A stretch of DNA of 55,101 nt, from positions 1-55,101 of the forward strand of contig CALKZN010000121.1 in NCBI GenBank assembly GCA_938002995.1, in the 5' to 3' direction. Every line of letters starts with the position of its first letter. Position 1 is the stretch's first letter. Of this stretch, positions 40,113-50,841 are shown piece after piece. The notes beneath the pieces were generated by a model that saw nothing but the letters and a program-made list of their open reading frames with translations, searched no databases and was not told the origin of the DNA. The position numbers and the translations under genes are program-made. Source of the DNA: an uncultured Arenicellaceae bacterium. Lineage in GTDB: Bacteria > Pseudomonadota > Gammaproteobacteria > Arenicellales > Arenicellaceae.

Positions 40113-41315
40113 TTAGGCTTCTACGTCAGGTATCAATGCCTTTGAAAAATCCCCTGCTGAGAAAGCACGCAAGTCGTCAAAACTTTCACCAATACCAATG
40201 AAACGAATCGGCAGTTGATGTTCTCGAGACAGGCTGATAGCAACGCCACCTTTTGCGGAACCATCAAGTTTGGTTAAGCATAAACTATTTACGCCAACGG
40301 CATCTTTAAAATGCTTAAGCTGAGATAAGGCATTCTGCCCTGTAGTGGAATCTAGAACTTGCATAATTTCATGCGGTGTATCTTGGTCTATTTTCTTCAA
40401 TACTCGGGTGACTTTGCCCAATTGATCCATGAGGTCGGTTTGCGTATGCAGGCGACCAGCAGTGTCGATGATTAATACATCAATGTTTCTTGCTAGCGCA
40501 GCATTAAAAGCATCATGGGCTACTGCAGCAGCATCGGCGCCGTGTGATTGATGGATAACCGGTATATCCAAACGCTTTCCCCATTCAACTAACTGCTCTG
40601 TTGCCGCGGCTCTAAATGTATCTGCTGCTGCAAGCATGACGTTCTTACCTTGTTTTTGAAAGTAACGTGCGATTTTTGCAGTTGTGGTTGTTTTGCCAAC
40701 GCCATTAACGCCTACCATCATGATCACATAAGGCTTTAGGTTGAAGTCCCAAGACTTTTCGGCAATGGCTAATTCAGCACTCGCTTGTTCTTGCAAGCAG
40801 CTGACAATTGACTGAGCAGTTTTTAGTTTTTGCGTCTTTGAGGCTTTTCGTAATGCTTCAATCATGCTCATACTGGCTTCGACGCCGATATCTGCACTGA
40901 TTAAGGTGTCTTCTAGGTCTTCGAAAATATCATCACTGAATTCGATGCCTGATGAGAATATTTTACTCAGACTGCCCAATAAGGAATTGCTGGATTTAGA
41001 AAGGCCACTATCGAGCGTCTTGTTTATTTCTTGCTCTTCGGTGTCTTTTTCTTGAGTATCTGTGTCCGTAACTGTTTCTAAAGTTGCTTCTTGAGTGATT
41101 TCTTCAGCAAGCTCATCAATAGTCTCAGTGCTTTCAGAGTTGATGACATTTAGCGATTCATTATTTATAGAACTCTCACTTGCCAACGTTTGCGAATCTA
41201 TTTCTGTATCTGCAGTTGAGTTGATAGCCTCTATGTTGGAAGCCTCAGGGACACTCTCTGGCGTGCTTTCAACAGTTGTTTGCTTTGGTTTTTTTCTACG
41301 AAAAAAGAAACCCAT
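40113..41315 (-). CDS. ftsY: Signal-recognition-particle receptor FtsY
   Basis: 400 aa with an acidic N-terminal A-domain, then the NG domain with GVNGVGKTTT, DTAGR and TKLDG. Confidence 0.92.
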   Translation of the reverse strand: MGFFFRRKKPKQTTVESTPESVPEASNIEAINSTADTEIDSQTLASESSINNESLNVINSESTETIDELAEEITQEATLETVTDTDTQEKDTEEQEINKTLDSGLSKSSNSLLGSLSKIFSSGIEFSDDIFEDLEDTLISADIGVEASMSMIEALRKASKTQKLKTAQSIVSCLQEQASAELAIAEKSWDFNLKPYVIMMVGVNGVGKTTTTAKIARYFQKQGKNVMLAAADTFRAAATEQLVEWGKRLDIPVIHQSHGADAAAVAHDAFNAALARNIDVLIIDTAGRLHTQTDLMDQLGKVTRVLKKIDQDTPHEIMQVLDSTTGQNALSQLKHFKDAVGVNSLCLTKLDGSAKGGVAISLSREHQLPIRFIGIGESFDDLRAFSAGDFSKALIPDVEA

Positions 41316-41514
41316 ATGGTTCAGCCTCGGTCAAGATGATATAAACTCAATATTGTATTGATTCATGGGCGTTTTTAATAGTGCTATGCTTGTTTTTAAT
41401 GATAAGTGCTTATCGCATATTTTAAATTTCGACGCGTATCTTGAATTTCAAATAGTTGCTGGATGCTCTCATGGAGGCTTTCAGTGAAATGAATGTTGGT
41501 AAAAATGATCGGAT

Positions 41515-42105
41515 ATGCAGAATAAAAAAAACTCAAATCATTCAAAAAAAGGAGAGTTGCGAATCATTGGCGGCGAATGGCGTAGTCGTAAGTTGCTGGT
41601 GCCTGATGTGGCTGGTTTAAGGCCGACAACTGACCGGATTCGAGAAACAGTATTCAATTGGTTGCAAGCTTACATAGTGAATAGTCAATGTTTGGATGTT
41701 TGTGCGGGTTCTGGAGCGCTAGGTTTTGAGGCATTATCCCGAGGTGCGAGTAAGGTCCATTTTATTGAAACTAACAAGCAAGCAATTCAAGCCATTGAGA
41801 AAAATGCGCATAATTTAGATGTAAATATTAATGATCAGGCGTTGATTGAACAGCAATCTGTACTCAAGTTTCTTGCTGAAAACATACATTCTCAACGTTT
41901 TGATATAGTGTTTGTTGATCCTCCGTTTGATTTGAATATGCATAAGGATATCTTTGCGGCATTAGAAAAAGGTCAATGGCTGACTGAAGATGCTTTGATT
42001 TATTGTGAGATGCCCAGAAAAGAGGATTTAGAATTGCCTCCTAAATGGGAGTGGTTTCGAGAAAAACGCAGTAAGAATGTCGCCTTTGGCTTAATTGCTG
42101 CGTAA
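41515..42105 (+). CDS. rsmD: 16S rRNA (guanine966-N2)-methyltransferase
   Basis: 196 aa with LRIIGGEWRSRKL, LRPTTDRIRETVFNWL and the DPPF motif (VFVDPPF). It is divergent from ftsY, as in enterobacteria. Confidence 0.88.
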   Translation: MQNKKNSNHSKKGELRIIGGEWRSRKLLVPDVAGLRPTTDRIRETVFNWLQAYIVNSQCLDVCAGSGALGFEALSRGASKVHFIETNKQAIQAIEKNAHNLDVNINDQALIEQQSVLKFLAENIHSQRFDIVFVDPPFDLNMHKDIFAALEKGQWLTEDALIYCEMPRKEDLELPPKWEWFREKRSKNVAFGLIAA

Positions 42106-42183
42106 GCAGGTTCCTGTTCAGGCAAGACTGTTTTATAATCAAGGCTGTTTTTTTACTAGATACTTGGAAAAGGTCGGCATTTT

Positions 42184-42663
42184 ATGCGAAAAGCGATATA
42201 TCCTGGAACTTTTGATCCAATGACAAATGGTCACTGGGATTTGATTGAACGTTCAAGTCAATTATTTGATCATGTTATTATAGGTGTTTCAGAAAGCCCG
42301 AAAAAAAATACGTTATTTTCATTGCAAGAACGTATTGATGTGGCAAAGGAAATTTCCAGTAGTCTTGATAATGTTACTGTTGAAGGTTTTGATGGCTTGC
42401 TGGTGGATTTCCTAGATAGCCAAAACTGCTTGGTAGTATTAAGAGGCTTACGTGCCTTGACCGATTTTGAATTTGAGTTTCACTTAGCTTCTGCGAATAG
42501 ACGTTTGCGTCCTAATATTGAAACGATTTTCATGACGCCAGATGAATCAAATCACTTCATTTCTTCAACGATTGTTAAAGAAATTGCTCGTTATGGCGGT
42601 GATGTCAGTAGCTTTGTAGACCCGCGCGTTGAAGCAAAACTCAAAGCAAAATATCAAACATAA
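42184..42663 (+). CDS. coaD: Phosphopantetheine adenylyltransferase
   Basis: 159 aa with YPGTFDPMTNGHWDLI, RGLRA and ISSTIVKEIA. Confidence 0.92.
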   Translation: MRKAIYPGTFDPMTNGHWDLIERSSQLFDHVIIGVSESPKKNTLFSLQERIDVAKEISSSLDNVTVEGFDGLLVDFLDSQNCLVVLRGLRALTDFEFEFHLASANRRLRPNIETIFMTPDESNHFISSTIVKEIARYGGDVSSFVDPRVEAKLKAKYQT

Positions 42664-42683
42664 ACCGATTATCAAGAATCTGA

Positions 42684-42947
<264 letters not shown>

Positions 42948-42972
42948 TCCGCTATCTGAACTTAATCATAAT

Positions 42973-43003
42973 AAAAAGGCGAACATTAAGTTCGCCTTTT
43001 TTT
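42973..43003. terminator. Bidirectional Rho-independent terminator between yfhL and the convergent lipoprotein gene
   Basis: AAAAAGGCGAAC-ATTAA-GTTCGCCTTTTTTT: a 7-bp stem flanked by A5 and T7. Confidence 0.85.
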
Positions 43004-43026
43004 GTATATTTTGTTTCTAATGAAAC

Positions 43027-43383
43027 TTAATTTTTGACCATCGAAGGTGACCAGAAAATCTTGTTACCATTTTTGCTTATTTTGATGAATTCCTTTGCAG
43101 ACCAAGTCTTGCTTTGTTCTTGAAAATTTTCTCGAATGACGCGCAAGGTGACATTTTTAGCTTGTTCGAAGTCTATTGATTTTGAAATTTTAATAGGCGT
43201 TGGTCCTAAGAAAACCCAGTCAGAATCCCTTCTATCGCTATATTCAATTTTTAGCAGGGCATACGCACCTAGTGGGTCAGAATAAATTGCTAGAGGAACA
43301 TCCTTTCGTCCAGATGAGCCGCAGGCAACTAACAGCATCATCAGGGCCAGAGAAATAAGTGTTTTAACAGTAGAATTGATCAT
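43027..43383 (-). CDS. Lipoprotein with PEGA-like domain
   Basis: 118 aa with the lipobox LLVAC and the PEGA-like block IYSDPLGAYALL...FLGPTPIKISK...VTLRVIRENF. Confidence 0.5.
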   Translation of the reverse strand: MINSTVKTLISLALMMLLVACGSSGRKDVPLAIYSDPLGAYALLKIEYSDRRDSDWVFLGPTPIKISKSIDFEQAKNVTLRVIRENFQEQSKTWSAKEFIKISKNGNKIFWSPSMVKN

Positions 43384-43392
43384 TGTATGTTT

Positions 43393-43731
43393 TTATTTTT
43401 TTTCTAAAAGGTTAAATTTTACTAACTGAACATTTTTTAAGGCAGCTTCTTGCGATTTATGACGCATACTTAACCAAAAAACAGCTGTTTTGGTGTAAAA
43501 ACCATCTTTGCGAATTTGCAAAATCATTTGTTTTTTACGTTTGCTTGAATCTTTCCACCAAACGGTTAAGGGAGTAACTCCCAATAAACTGCCATCTTTA
43601 TCATTGATGACTTCTGACCCTTCTGGGACTGAATTGATGTTGGCCGCACCATAGTAGGTCGAACAAGCGGTGCTTAAAGACATAAGTGCCACAATAAAAG
43701 TGACTCGGAAAAAATGCTTGAATCTATGCAT
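43393..43731 (-). CDS. Lipoprotein with PEGA-like domain
   Basis: About 112 aa from MHRFKHFFRVTFIVALMSLSTAC (lipobox STAC), with NSVPEGSEVINDKDGSLLGVTPLTV...LQIRKDGFY. The 56-codon upstream extension in the ORF track (to 43899) looks non-coding. Confidence 0.5.
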   Translation of the reverse strand: MHRFKHFFRVTFIVALMSLSTACSTYYGAANINSVPEGSEVINDKDGSLLGVTPLTVWWKDSSKRKKQMILQIRKDGFYTKTAVFWLSMRHKSQEAALKNVQLVKFNLLEKK

Positions 43732-43941
43732 GGAGAGAATAATGGTTATTAAGTAAGTTATTTGGCAATAAAGATAAATCTTTATAAGAAAGTGTTTTAT
43801 AAAGGATAGTTGGTTCAGGTGCAAGTAAATGTGAATGATGGACATTTGTTTAAGATGACAATGTTTGCCAGCTGGCTGATATAATCGTCGCCATATCATT
43901 CATGATGTTTCCTATTAAACTTACTCAAGAACTAAATACTT

Positions 43942-46398
43942 GTGGCAACAAAACCAAGCAATAAAAAATCAACGACTAAGGCGATAAAAAAAGCGCCTGC
44001 TAAAGCAAAAGCTAAGTCGACTAATGTTGTCAAAAAAGGACAAAAAAAGCGCCCTATTTGGTCACTAAGCAAATGGTTGTTTTTTCGCGTAGGCGCAATT
44101 GTATTGATTGCCTTGATCGCGATCACTCTGTATTTAGATTTATTAGTCACTGGAAAGTTTGAAGGTAAAAAATGGGCATTACCAGCGCATGTTTATACCC
44201 GAGCAATGGATGTCTATGTAGGCCAGAATATTTCCACTGAAACGATAGTTTCAGAGCTAAAGGAACTTGGTTATCAAGCTAAAAGCACGTCTGATAATGT
44301 TGTTAGAGCAGGGCAATTTTCAGCCTCTGCTGGTGGAATAAATGTTTTCCAACGAGCATTTACTTTCTGGGATGGTGAACGTCAAGCGCGTAAAATAAGC
44401 ATTTTTTGGCAAAACGGTTATATCTCTAACATTACTAGTCCTGAAGGGCGTTTAGATGCGGTTCGTGTAGAGCCGCGTTTGTTTGGCAGTGTTTCGCCTT
44501 TGAACCATGAAGATCGGACACTAATCACACTAGAAGATACGCCCCAGGAATTGATTGATGCTTTGTTAGTTATGGAAGATCGTAAATTTTATCGGCATTG
44601 GGGTGTTGATCCTCTAGGAATTGCCCGAGCAATGGTGAGCAACATAAAAGCAGGTCGGACTGTCCAAGGTGGCAGTACATTGACTCAGCAATTGATTAAG
44701 AATTATTTTCTGACTTCAGAGCGAACTATTCGTCGTAAGCTGACTGAAATGATTATGGCTTTATTATTGGAGTTTCATTACTCCAAAGAAGAAATATTGC
44801 AGGCGTATTTGAATGAAGTGAATTTGGGCCAATCTGGAAATAGGGCTATTCATGGCTTTGGTTTGGGTAGCCAATTCTTATTTGGTCGACCTTTGGCTGA
44901 GCTTGAGTTACATCAACAAGCAACATTAGCAGGCATGGTGAAAGGGCCGTCTTCGTATAATCCAATTAGAAATCCAGAACGCGCTAAAAAACGACGCGAT
45001 TTAGTGTTAGACGTCATGGCACAACAAGGCTTGATTGAGCAATCGTTGGCAGGTGAGCAGAAAAAACAAGCATTAATGACAGTTGGCACACGCAAAAATC
45101 AAACCTCTAGAAGTTATCCAGCGTTTACTGATTTTGTGCGTGATCAACTGCTTGAACGTTATCAATCACAAGACTTAAATGATGTTGGTTTGAGTATTTA
45201 TACAACCCTAGATCCTCGTGCCCAATCTCGACTCGATCAGGCTATTGATAACACTTTAGGGCAACTGAATAAAGCTTATCCAAAACAAGATGGGAAGATT
45301 CAAGTTGCGGCTATTTCAGTGCGAACAGATAATGGCGAAGTCTTGGCAATTTCGGGCGGTAACGATGTGGTTTCAGGCGGCTTTAATCGAGCATTGAATG
45401 CAAAGAGGCCGATAGGTTCGCTGGTCAAGCCTTTTGTGTTGCTTGCAGCCTTGCAACAAAAACCAGATCAATATCAGCTGAATAGTTTTATTGTCGATGA
45501 TCAAGTGACGATCTCACAAAAAGGTAGTAAAGATTGGATTCCACAGAACTATGACAAAGTATTTCATGGTGATGTAATGCTCTTAGATGCTTTCGCCAAA
45601 TCATATAATATTCCATTTGTTAAGCTAGGCATGGATGTTGGTTTAGATGCAGTGACAGAATTATTAAAAGACTATGGGCTCTCTGAACGACCAAGAAAAT
45701 TGCCATCTATATTGCTCGGGGCTTTGGAATTATCTCCTCTAGAAGTGTCACAACTTTATTTGACCTTGGCTTCAGGTGGCTTTCAAACGCCACTTAGCGG
45801 CGTGAATTTTGTATTGGACGCTGACGGTCAACCGTTGGAAGCCTATGAGCTTAAAATTGAACAAGTGTCTCAAGGGCAATCAAACAATCTGGTTACTCAT
45901 GGCATGCAAGAGGTAATGCGTTCAGGTACGGCGGCTGGGATTAATCGAAGTTTTCCTGCTGAATTGGGCTTAGCAGGCAAAACAGGTACTACAGATGATT
46001 TTAAGGATTCATGGTTTGCAGGTTTTAGTGCTGACGTGTTAACTGTGGTTTGGGTAGGGCGTGATGATAATAAGCCAGTAGGTTTGACTGGCGGTAAAGG
46101 TGCGGGACAGGTTTGGAAAAACTATATGTCAAAGATGAAACTATTGCCGCTTGATCCTTTACTGACAGCAGATGTGCAATATGTAGAGTCTCCGACATTA
46201 AGTCAGCTGGATAAATCTGTGCTTGAATATGACTGTGTGGTTTCCAGATCAATACCAGTGATTGTGCAAACTGAGAATACGGTTTCATGTGAGGAAGAAG
46301 GTTTTGAGGCATGGCATTCTGATGGTGGATTTGGGCGTGGACCGAAAAGGCGCGCAACAAATCAAATACAACGTTTCTTGGATAGTCTTTTCAATTAA
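43942..46398 (+). CDS. mrcB: Penicillin-binding protein 1B (bifunctional glycosyltransferase/transpeptidase), GTG start
   Basis: 818 aa with a basic cytoplasmic tail, a TM helix, a UB2H-like insert, the GT51 motifs EDRKFYRHWGVD and GGSTLTQQL, and the TP motifs SLVKP and KTGTT. Confidence 0.9.
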   Translation: MATKPSNKKSTTKAIKKAPAKAKAKSTNVVKKGQKKRPIWSLSKWLFFRVGAIVLIALIAITLYLDLLVTGKFEGKKWALPAHVYTRAMDVYVGQNISTETIVSELKELGYQAKSTSDNVVRAGQFSASAGGINVFQRAFTFWDGERQARKISIFWQNGYISNITSPEGRLDAVRVEPRLFGSVSPLNHEDRTLITLEDTPQELIDALLVMEDRKFYRHWGVDPLGIARAMVSNIKAGRTVQGGSTLTQQLIKNYFLTSERTIRRKLTEMIMALLLEFHYSKEEILQAYLNEVNLGQSGNRAIHGFGLGSQFLFGRPLAELELHQQATLAGMVKGPSSYNPIRNPERAKKRRDLVLDVMAQQGLIEQSLAGEQKKQALMTVGTRKNQTSRSYPAFTDFVRDQLLERYQSQDLNDVGLSIYTTLDPRAQSRLDQAIDNTLGQLNKAYPKQDGKIQVAAISVRTDNGEVLAISGGNDVVSGGFNRALNAKRPIGSLVKPFVLLAALQQKPDQYQLNSFIVDDQVTISQKGSKDWIPQNYDKVFHGDVMLLDAFAKSYNIPFVKLGMDVGLDAVTELLKDYGLSERPRKLPSILLGALELSPLEVSQLYLTLASGGFQTPLSGVNFVLDADGQPLEAYELKIEQVSQGQSNNLVTHGMQEVMRSGTAAGINRSFPAELGLAGKTGTTDDFKDSWFAGFSADVLTVVWVGRDDNKPVGLTGGKGAGQVWKNYMSKMKLLPLDPLLTADVQYVESPTLSQLDKSVLEYDCVVSRSIPVIVQTENTVSCEEEGFEAWHSDGGFGRGPKRRATNQIQRFLDSLFN

Positions 46399-46433
46399 GG
46401 CACAATAAGGATTTAAGCCAACTTACGAATGTT

Positions 46434-46907
46434 ATGAACCATTTACGTACGACATTAATTATTTTATCTACTGCCATTATTAGTGCCTGCGCTAGCAGTG
46501 GAGCACCGGTTAAAGATTCCAGTACTACTGTGCAAGTAGATGGCTCTAAGTATCCAAATGCAGATCAATCTTCTGAAGGACTTCAAGGCCAACCATTACG
46601 CCCTTCAGATTCGATCGGTGGCGAAGCATTGTCTGCAAAACGTTCAACGCCACCAGTTGTAGCCAAATTATTGCGACAATCAGAACAGGCAGGAGCACAA
46701 AAAGATTGGCCTAGAGCAGAAACATATCTACAACGCGCTTTGCGAATTTCACCCAAAAATGCTTTGTTATGGAATCGTATGGCTGATGCAAAGTTACAGC
46801 AGGGTAAAAATGCTCAAGCGATCCAATTCGCCAGTAAATCAAACGCGATGTCTGCAGATGTTAATTTACGTCAACGCAATGAAGCAATTATTGCTGCTGC
46901 GCGTTAA
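46434..46907 (+). CDS. TPR lipoprotein adjacent to mrcB (LpoP-like candidate PBP1B activator)
   Basis: 157 aa with the lipobox IISAC, a Pro/Ser/Gly-rich disordered linker, then a TPR unit (AETYLQRALRISPKNALLWNRMADAKLQQGKNAQAI). It starts 35 nt after mrcB. Confidence 0.5.
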   Translation: MNHLRTTLIILSTAIISACASSGAPVKDSSTTVQVDGSKYPNADQSSEGLQGQPLRPSDSIGGEALSAKRSTPPVVAKLLRQSEQAGAQKDWPRAETYLQRALRISPKNALLWNRMADAKLQQGKNAQAIQFASKSNAMSADVNLRQRNEAIIAAAR

Positions 46908-47152
46908 TAAAAATAAACAATCACAGTGGGTGGAACGCTTATAAAGACTATGCTTTGCTGTAAAAGGACTAGCAAGGCTCTGATTTTAGTATTACCATTC
47001 AATTAAAGCTGTAGGGGGCCTTAAAAAGTATTCCATTTATAGGCATAACTTGCCAGTTATGCCCAAGCCTCCAAGTAAAGAAATAGTTAGAAAAATGTAC
47101 CTTAGCAGTACATTAATAAAGCAATGATATCCAAAATTCAATCGAGTACATT

Positions 47153-48073
47153 ATGAACACATCAGAGTTAATTTGGTTCAATGGTGAAATGATCCCTTGG
47201 GAAAACGCAACAGTCCATGTAATGAGTCATGCTATTCATTATGGTTCAAGTGTATTTGAAGGTATCCGAGCATACGACACACCAAATGGTACCGCTATTT
47301 TTCGTTTGAATGATCACACGAAACGTTTCTTTGACTCTGCCAAAATTTACCGTATGGAAATTCCTTATACCTTTGAGGAAATTAATCAAGCGACTAAAGA
47401 TGCTGTTGTTAAAAATGGTTTAAAAGCTGCCTATATTCGACCAGCTGCGTTTATTGGTAATGTGGGTTTGGGTTTGAACCCAAGTTCACACGTGGCTGAA
47501 GTGATGATTGCTGCTATTCAAATGGGCACTTATCTTGGTGAAGAAGGTTTGACCAATGGTATTGATGCAGCCGTGACTTCATGGAATCGAGTTGCGCCAA
47601 ACACATTACCTGCGGGTTCTAAAGCTGGTGGTAATTACTTGTCTTCTCAATTAATTTCAGGCGAAGCTAAGCGCCATGGCTATGATGAAGGTATTGGTCT
47701 TGATGTAAATGGCCAAATTTCTGAAGGTGCGGGTGAAAATATTTTTATCATTCGTAATGGCATTATTTCAACACCGCCTTCTGCGGCTAGTCTTTTACCA
47801 GGTTTGACACGTGATTCAATGATGATATTTGCTCGTGATGCGGGCTATGAAGTTCGTGAAGAAGCATTGGCTCGCGAAGCCTTATATCTCGCTGATGAAG
47901 TTTTCATGACGGGTACTGCTGCTGAAGTCACTCCTATTCGTTCCGTAGACCAAATAGAAATTGGCGCAGGTACACGTGGACCGATTACAGAAGAATTACA
48001 ATCTATGTTTTTTGGCCTCTTTGATGGTACAACCGAAGATAAATACAACTGGTTGGATTTAGTTAATAGTTAA
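47153..48073 (+). CDS. ilvE: Branched-chain amino acid aminotransferase
   Basis: 306 aa with IWFNGEMIPWE, HYGSSVFEGIRAY and GENIFIIRNG...PGLTRDS...EVFMTGTAAEVTPI. Confidence 0.92.
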   Translation: MNTSELIWFNGEMIPWENATVHVMSHAIHYGSSVFEGIRAYDTPNGTAIFRLNDHTKRFFDSAKIYRMEIPYTFEEINQATKDAVVKNGLKAAYIRPAAFIGNVGLGLNPSSHVAEVMIAAIQMGTYLGEEGLTNGIDAAVTSWNRVAPNTLPAGSKAGGNYLSSQLISGEAKRHGYDEGIGLDVNGQISEGAGENIFIIRNGIISTPPSAASLLPGLTRDSMMIFARDAGYEVREEALAREALYLADEVFMTGTAAEVTPIRSVDQIEIGAGTRGPITEELQSMFFGLFDGTTEDKYNWLDLVNS

Positions 48074-48160
48074 TCAAATTTGACGAATAAAAAACATGCA
48101 AGCCTTCGTGTAAAAAACAAGCAGCTTGTCGTAATCAGTTTCTGACTGAATCGGAATTTC

Positions 48161-50764
48161 ATGAAAGACCAATACAATCCTCAAGATATCGAATTGCGCA
48201 TCCAACAGCATTGGTCTGAAGATCAAACTTTTGTTGTTAGTGAAGATACGAGCAAAGAAAAATATTATTGCCTAGCGATGTTTCCTTACCCATCCGGTAA
48301 GTTGCATATGGGCCATGTTCGTAACTACACCATTGGTGATGTTATTAGTCGTTACCAGCGAATGTTAGGTAAAAATGTCATGCAACCGATGGGTTGGGAT
48401 GCATTTGGCTTGCCTGCGGAGAACGCGGCTATTCAACATCAAGTCCCTCCTGCGGATTGGACGGATGACAATATTGATAATATGCGTAGTCAATTAACAA
48501 GACTAGGCTTTGGCTATGATTGGACGCGAGAATTAGCAACATGTAAGCCAAACTACTATAAATGGGAACAATGGTTTTTCACTAAACTTTATGAAAAAGG
48601 CATTGTCTATAAAGCTGAGTCTGAAGTGAACTGGGATCCTGTTGATCAAACGGTTCTTGCTAATGAGCAAGTGATTGATGGTCGTGGTTGGCGTTCTGGC
48701 GCTTTGGTTGAGAAACGTAAGATTCCTCAGTGGTTTTTGAAAATCACTGACTATGCTGAAGAATTGCTTAGTGATTTAGATGGTTTGGACGGCTGGCCTG
48801 ATGCCGTGCGAACGATGCAACGTAATTGGATTGGCCGCTCCGAAGGCGTGCAAGCGACGTTTGCATTGACTGAGCCACAAGCGGGTTTGGAAAATCTTTC
48901 GATTTACACGACCAGACCGGACACCATTATGGGTGTGACTTATTTGGCTGTAGCGGCTGAACATCCATTGGCATTGTTACTAGCTGAGTCGAACGATACT
49001 GTGGCTAATTTTATTAAAGAATGCCGCCAAAGTTCCACTGCAGAAGCAGATATAGAAACGATGGAGAAGAAGGGCCTCGATCTAGGCATTAACTGCATTC
49101 ACCCAATCACTGGTGAAGAAATACGTATTTTTTGCGCTAATTTCGTGTTGATGGGATACGGCACTGGTGCAGTTATGGCGGTTCCTGCTCATGATCAACG
49201 TGATTACGAGTTTGCTAATAAATATGGCATTGATATTAAGCCTGTTATTTATCCTAGTGATGGTTCTGAGTTAGATATTAGCGAGACGGCTTATTTGGAA
49301 TATGGAGTTTTGAAAAATTCAGGTGAATTTGATGACTTAAGTTCTGATGATGCAAAAAAGGTTATTGCAGATTGGTTTGTTGAAAAAGGTTTGGGCGAAA
49401 AACAGGTTAACTATCGCTTACGCGATTGGGGTGTTTCTCGCCAACGTTATTGGGGCTGTCCGATTCCTATGGAATATGATGCCGATGGCAACGAAAAGCC
49501 TGCCCAATCCTTTCCAGTAGAATTACCGACTGACGTAGAGGTAAAAGGAGATGGTTCACCGTTGAAACGCATGCCTGAATTTTACGAAATTCAGGATGCC
49601 ACAAATGGAACCGTTCGCCGAGAAACTGACACCTTTGACACATTCTTCGAATCATCATGGTATTACGCACGTTTTTGTTGCCCAGATAATGAAGAAAAAA
49701 TGTTGGATGATCGGGCCAAGTATTGGCTGCCTGTTGATCAATATATCGGCGGTATAGAGCATGCTATCTTGCACCTCTTATATGCACGATTTTTTAATAA
49801 ATTGATGCGTGATGAAGGTTTGATCGACAATGATGAACCATTTAAAAATTTATTGACGCAAGGCATGGTGTTGGCTGAAACCTATTACCGTGAAGACAGT
49901 TCTGGTAAAAAAGTGTTTTATAATCCTGCAGATGTGGAGCTCGAAAAAGACGATAAAGGTGCAGTGATAAAAGCCATTCTGATTGCAGATGGTAAGCCAG
50001 TTGTCAGTGGTGGCATGGAAAAGATGTCGAAGTCGAAGAATAATGGCATTGATCCGCAAACCATGATTAATAAATATGGATCGGACACTGTACGTTTATT
50101 CACTATGTTTGCAGCACCTCCAGAACAGTCTTTAGAATGGAATGACGATGCTATTGCTGGTTGTGCAAGATTTTTACGCCGAGTTTGGGCTTTATATGTT
50201 AAACATTCTGAAATTTTACAAAAACACGATTGGCAAGTCTTACAAGGTCAGAAGTTTGATAATAAAGCATTGCAAGAGATGCGTTTGAAAACGCACGAAA
50301 TTATCAAAAAAACCAAATTTGATTTTGAAAGAAACCACTTTAATACAGTGGTTGCAGGTGCTATGGAGTTAACTAATAGCATTGAAAAGATTGACTGGCC
50401 TGCTTGTAATGATGATGAACAACTAGTGCTAGTGGAAGCTTGTACTGTTTTGCTGAAGATGTTGTCACCGATAACGCCACATATTACGCAAGAAATTTGG
50501 CAAGAATTCGGTGGAGTAGGCGAAATCCTAGATGGTGGCTGGTTAACGGTTGATGAAACAGCATTAATTAAAGATGAAATTAAATATGTCGTGCAAGTTA
50601 ACGGTAAATTGCGCGATGAAATCAATGTTCCGGCAACTCTATCTAAAGATGAAATTGAAGCCCAAGCAATGGCTTCTGATGGGGTTGAACGACATATTGA
50701 TGGCTTGACGGTCAGAAAAGTGATCGTTGTTCCAAATCGCCTAGTGAATATTGTTGCTAATTAA
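48161..50764 (+). CDS. leuS: Leucyl-tRNA synthetase
   Basis: 867 aa with the HIGH motif ([13 protein letters not shown]) and the KMSKS motif ([10 protein letters not shown]). Confidence 0.95.
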   Translation: MKDQYNPQDIELRIQQHWSEDQTFVVSEDTSKEKYYCLAMFPYPSGKLHMGHVRNYTIGDVISRYQRMLGKNVMQPMGWDAFGLPAENAAIQHQVPPADWTDDNIDNMRSQLTRLGFGYDWTRELATCKPNYYKWEQWFFTKLYEKGIVYKAESEVNWDPVDQTVLANEQVIDGRGWRSGALVEKRKIPQWFLKITDYAEELLSDLDGLDGWPDAVRTMQRNWIGRSEGVQATFALTEPQAGLENLSIYTTRPDTIMGVTYLAVAAEHPLALLLAESNDTVANFIKECRQSSTAEADIETMEKKGLDLGINCIHPITGEEIRIFCANFVLMGYGTGAVMAVPAHDQRDYEFANKYGIDIKPVIYPSDGSELDISETAYLEYGVLKNSGEFDDLSSDDAKKVIADWFVEKGLGEKQVNYRLRDWGVSRQRYWGCPIPMEYDADGNEKPAQSFPVELPTDVEVKGDGSPLKRMPEFYEIQDATNGTVRRETDTFDTFFESSWYYARFCCPDNEEKMLDDRAKYWLPVDQYIGGIEHAILHLLYARFFNKLMRDEGLIDNDEPFKNLLTQGMVLAETYYREDSSGKKVFYNPADVELEKDDKGAVIKAILIADGKPVVSGGMEKMSKSKNNGIDPQTMINKYGSDTVRLFTMFAAPPEQSLEWNDDAIAGCARFLRRVWALYVKHSEILQKHDWQVLQGQKFDNKALQEMRLKTHEIIKKTKFDFERNHFNTVVAGAMELTNSIEKIDWPACNDDEQLVLVEACTVLLKMLSPITPHITQEIWQEFGGVGEILDGGWLTVDETALIKDEIKYVVQVNGKLRDEINVPATLSKDEIEAQAMASDGVERHIDGLTVRKVIVVPNRLVNIVAN

Positions 50765-50841
50765 TTGTGGAACATAGCTGCTTTCGTATAAACTAAAGCC
50801 CGTCTCTTGTATAAAACGTTATAAAAATAAAGGTGCTTTCA

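Noticed and set aside
46950-47006. An 18-codon mini-ORF, MLCCKRTSKALILVLPFN, with five consecutive branched-chain residues lies upstream of ilvE. It is followed by nested hairpins (GGCATAACT-TGCC-AGTTATGCC at 47041..47062 and AATGTAC-N7-GTACATT). I considered a leader-peptide attenuator.
   Set aside because: It has no credible SD. None of the hairpins is followed by a U-tract, so no terminator/antiterminator pair can be drawn. Leu and Ile runs are also expected by chance in AT-rich DNA. It is worth re-examining only if the peptide is conserved in relatives.
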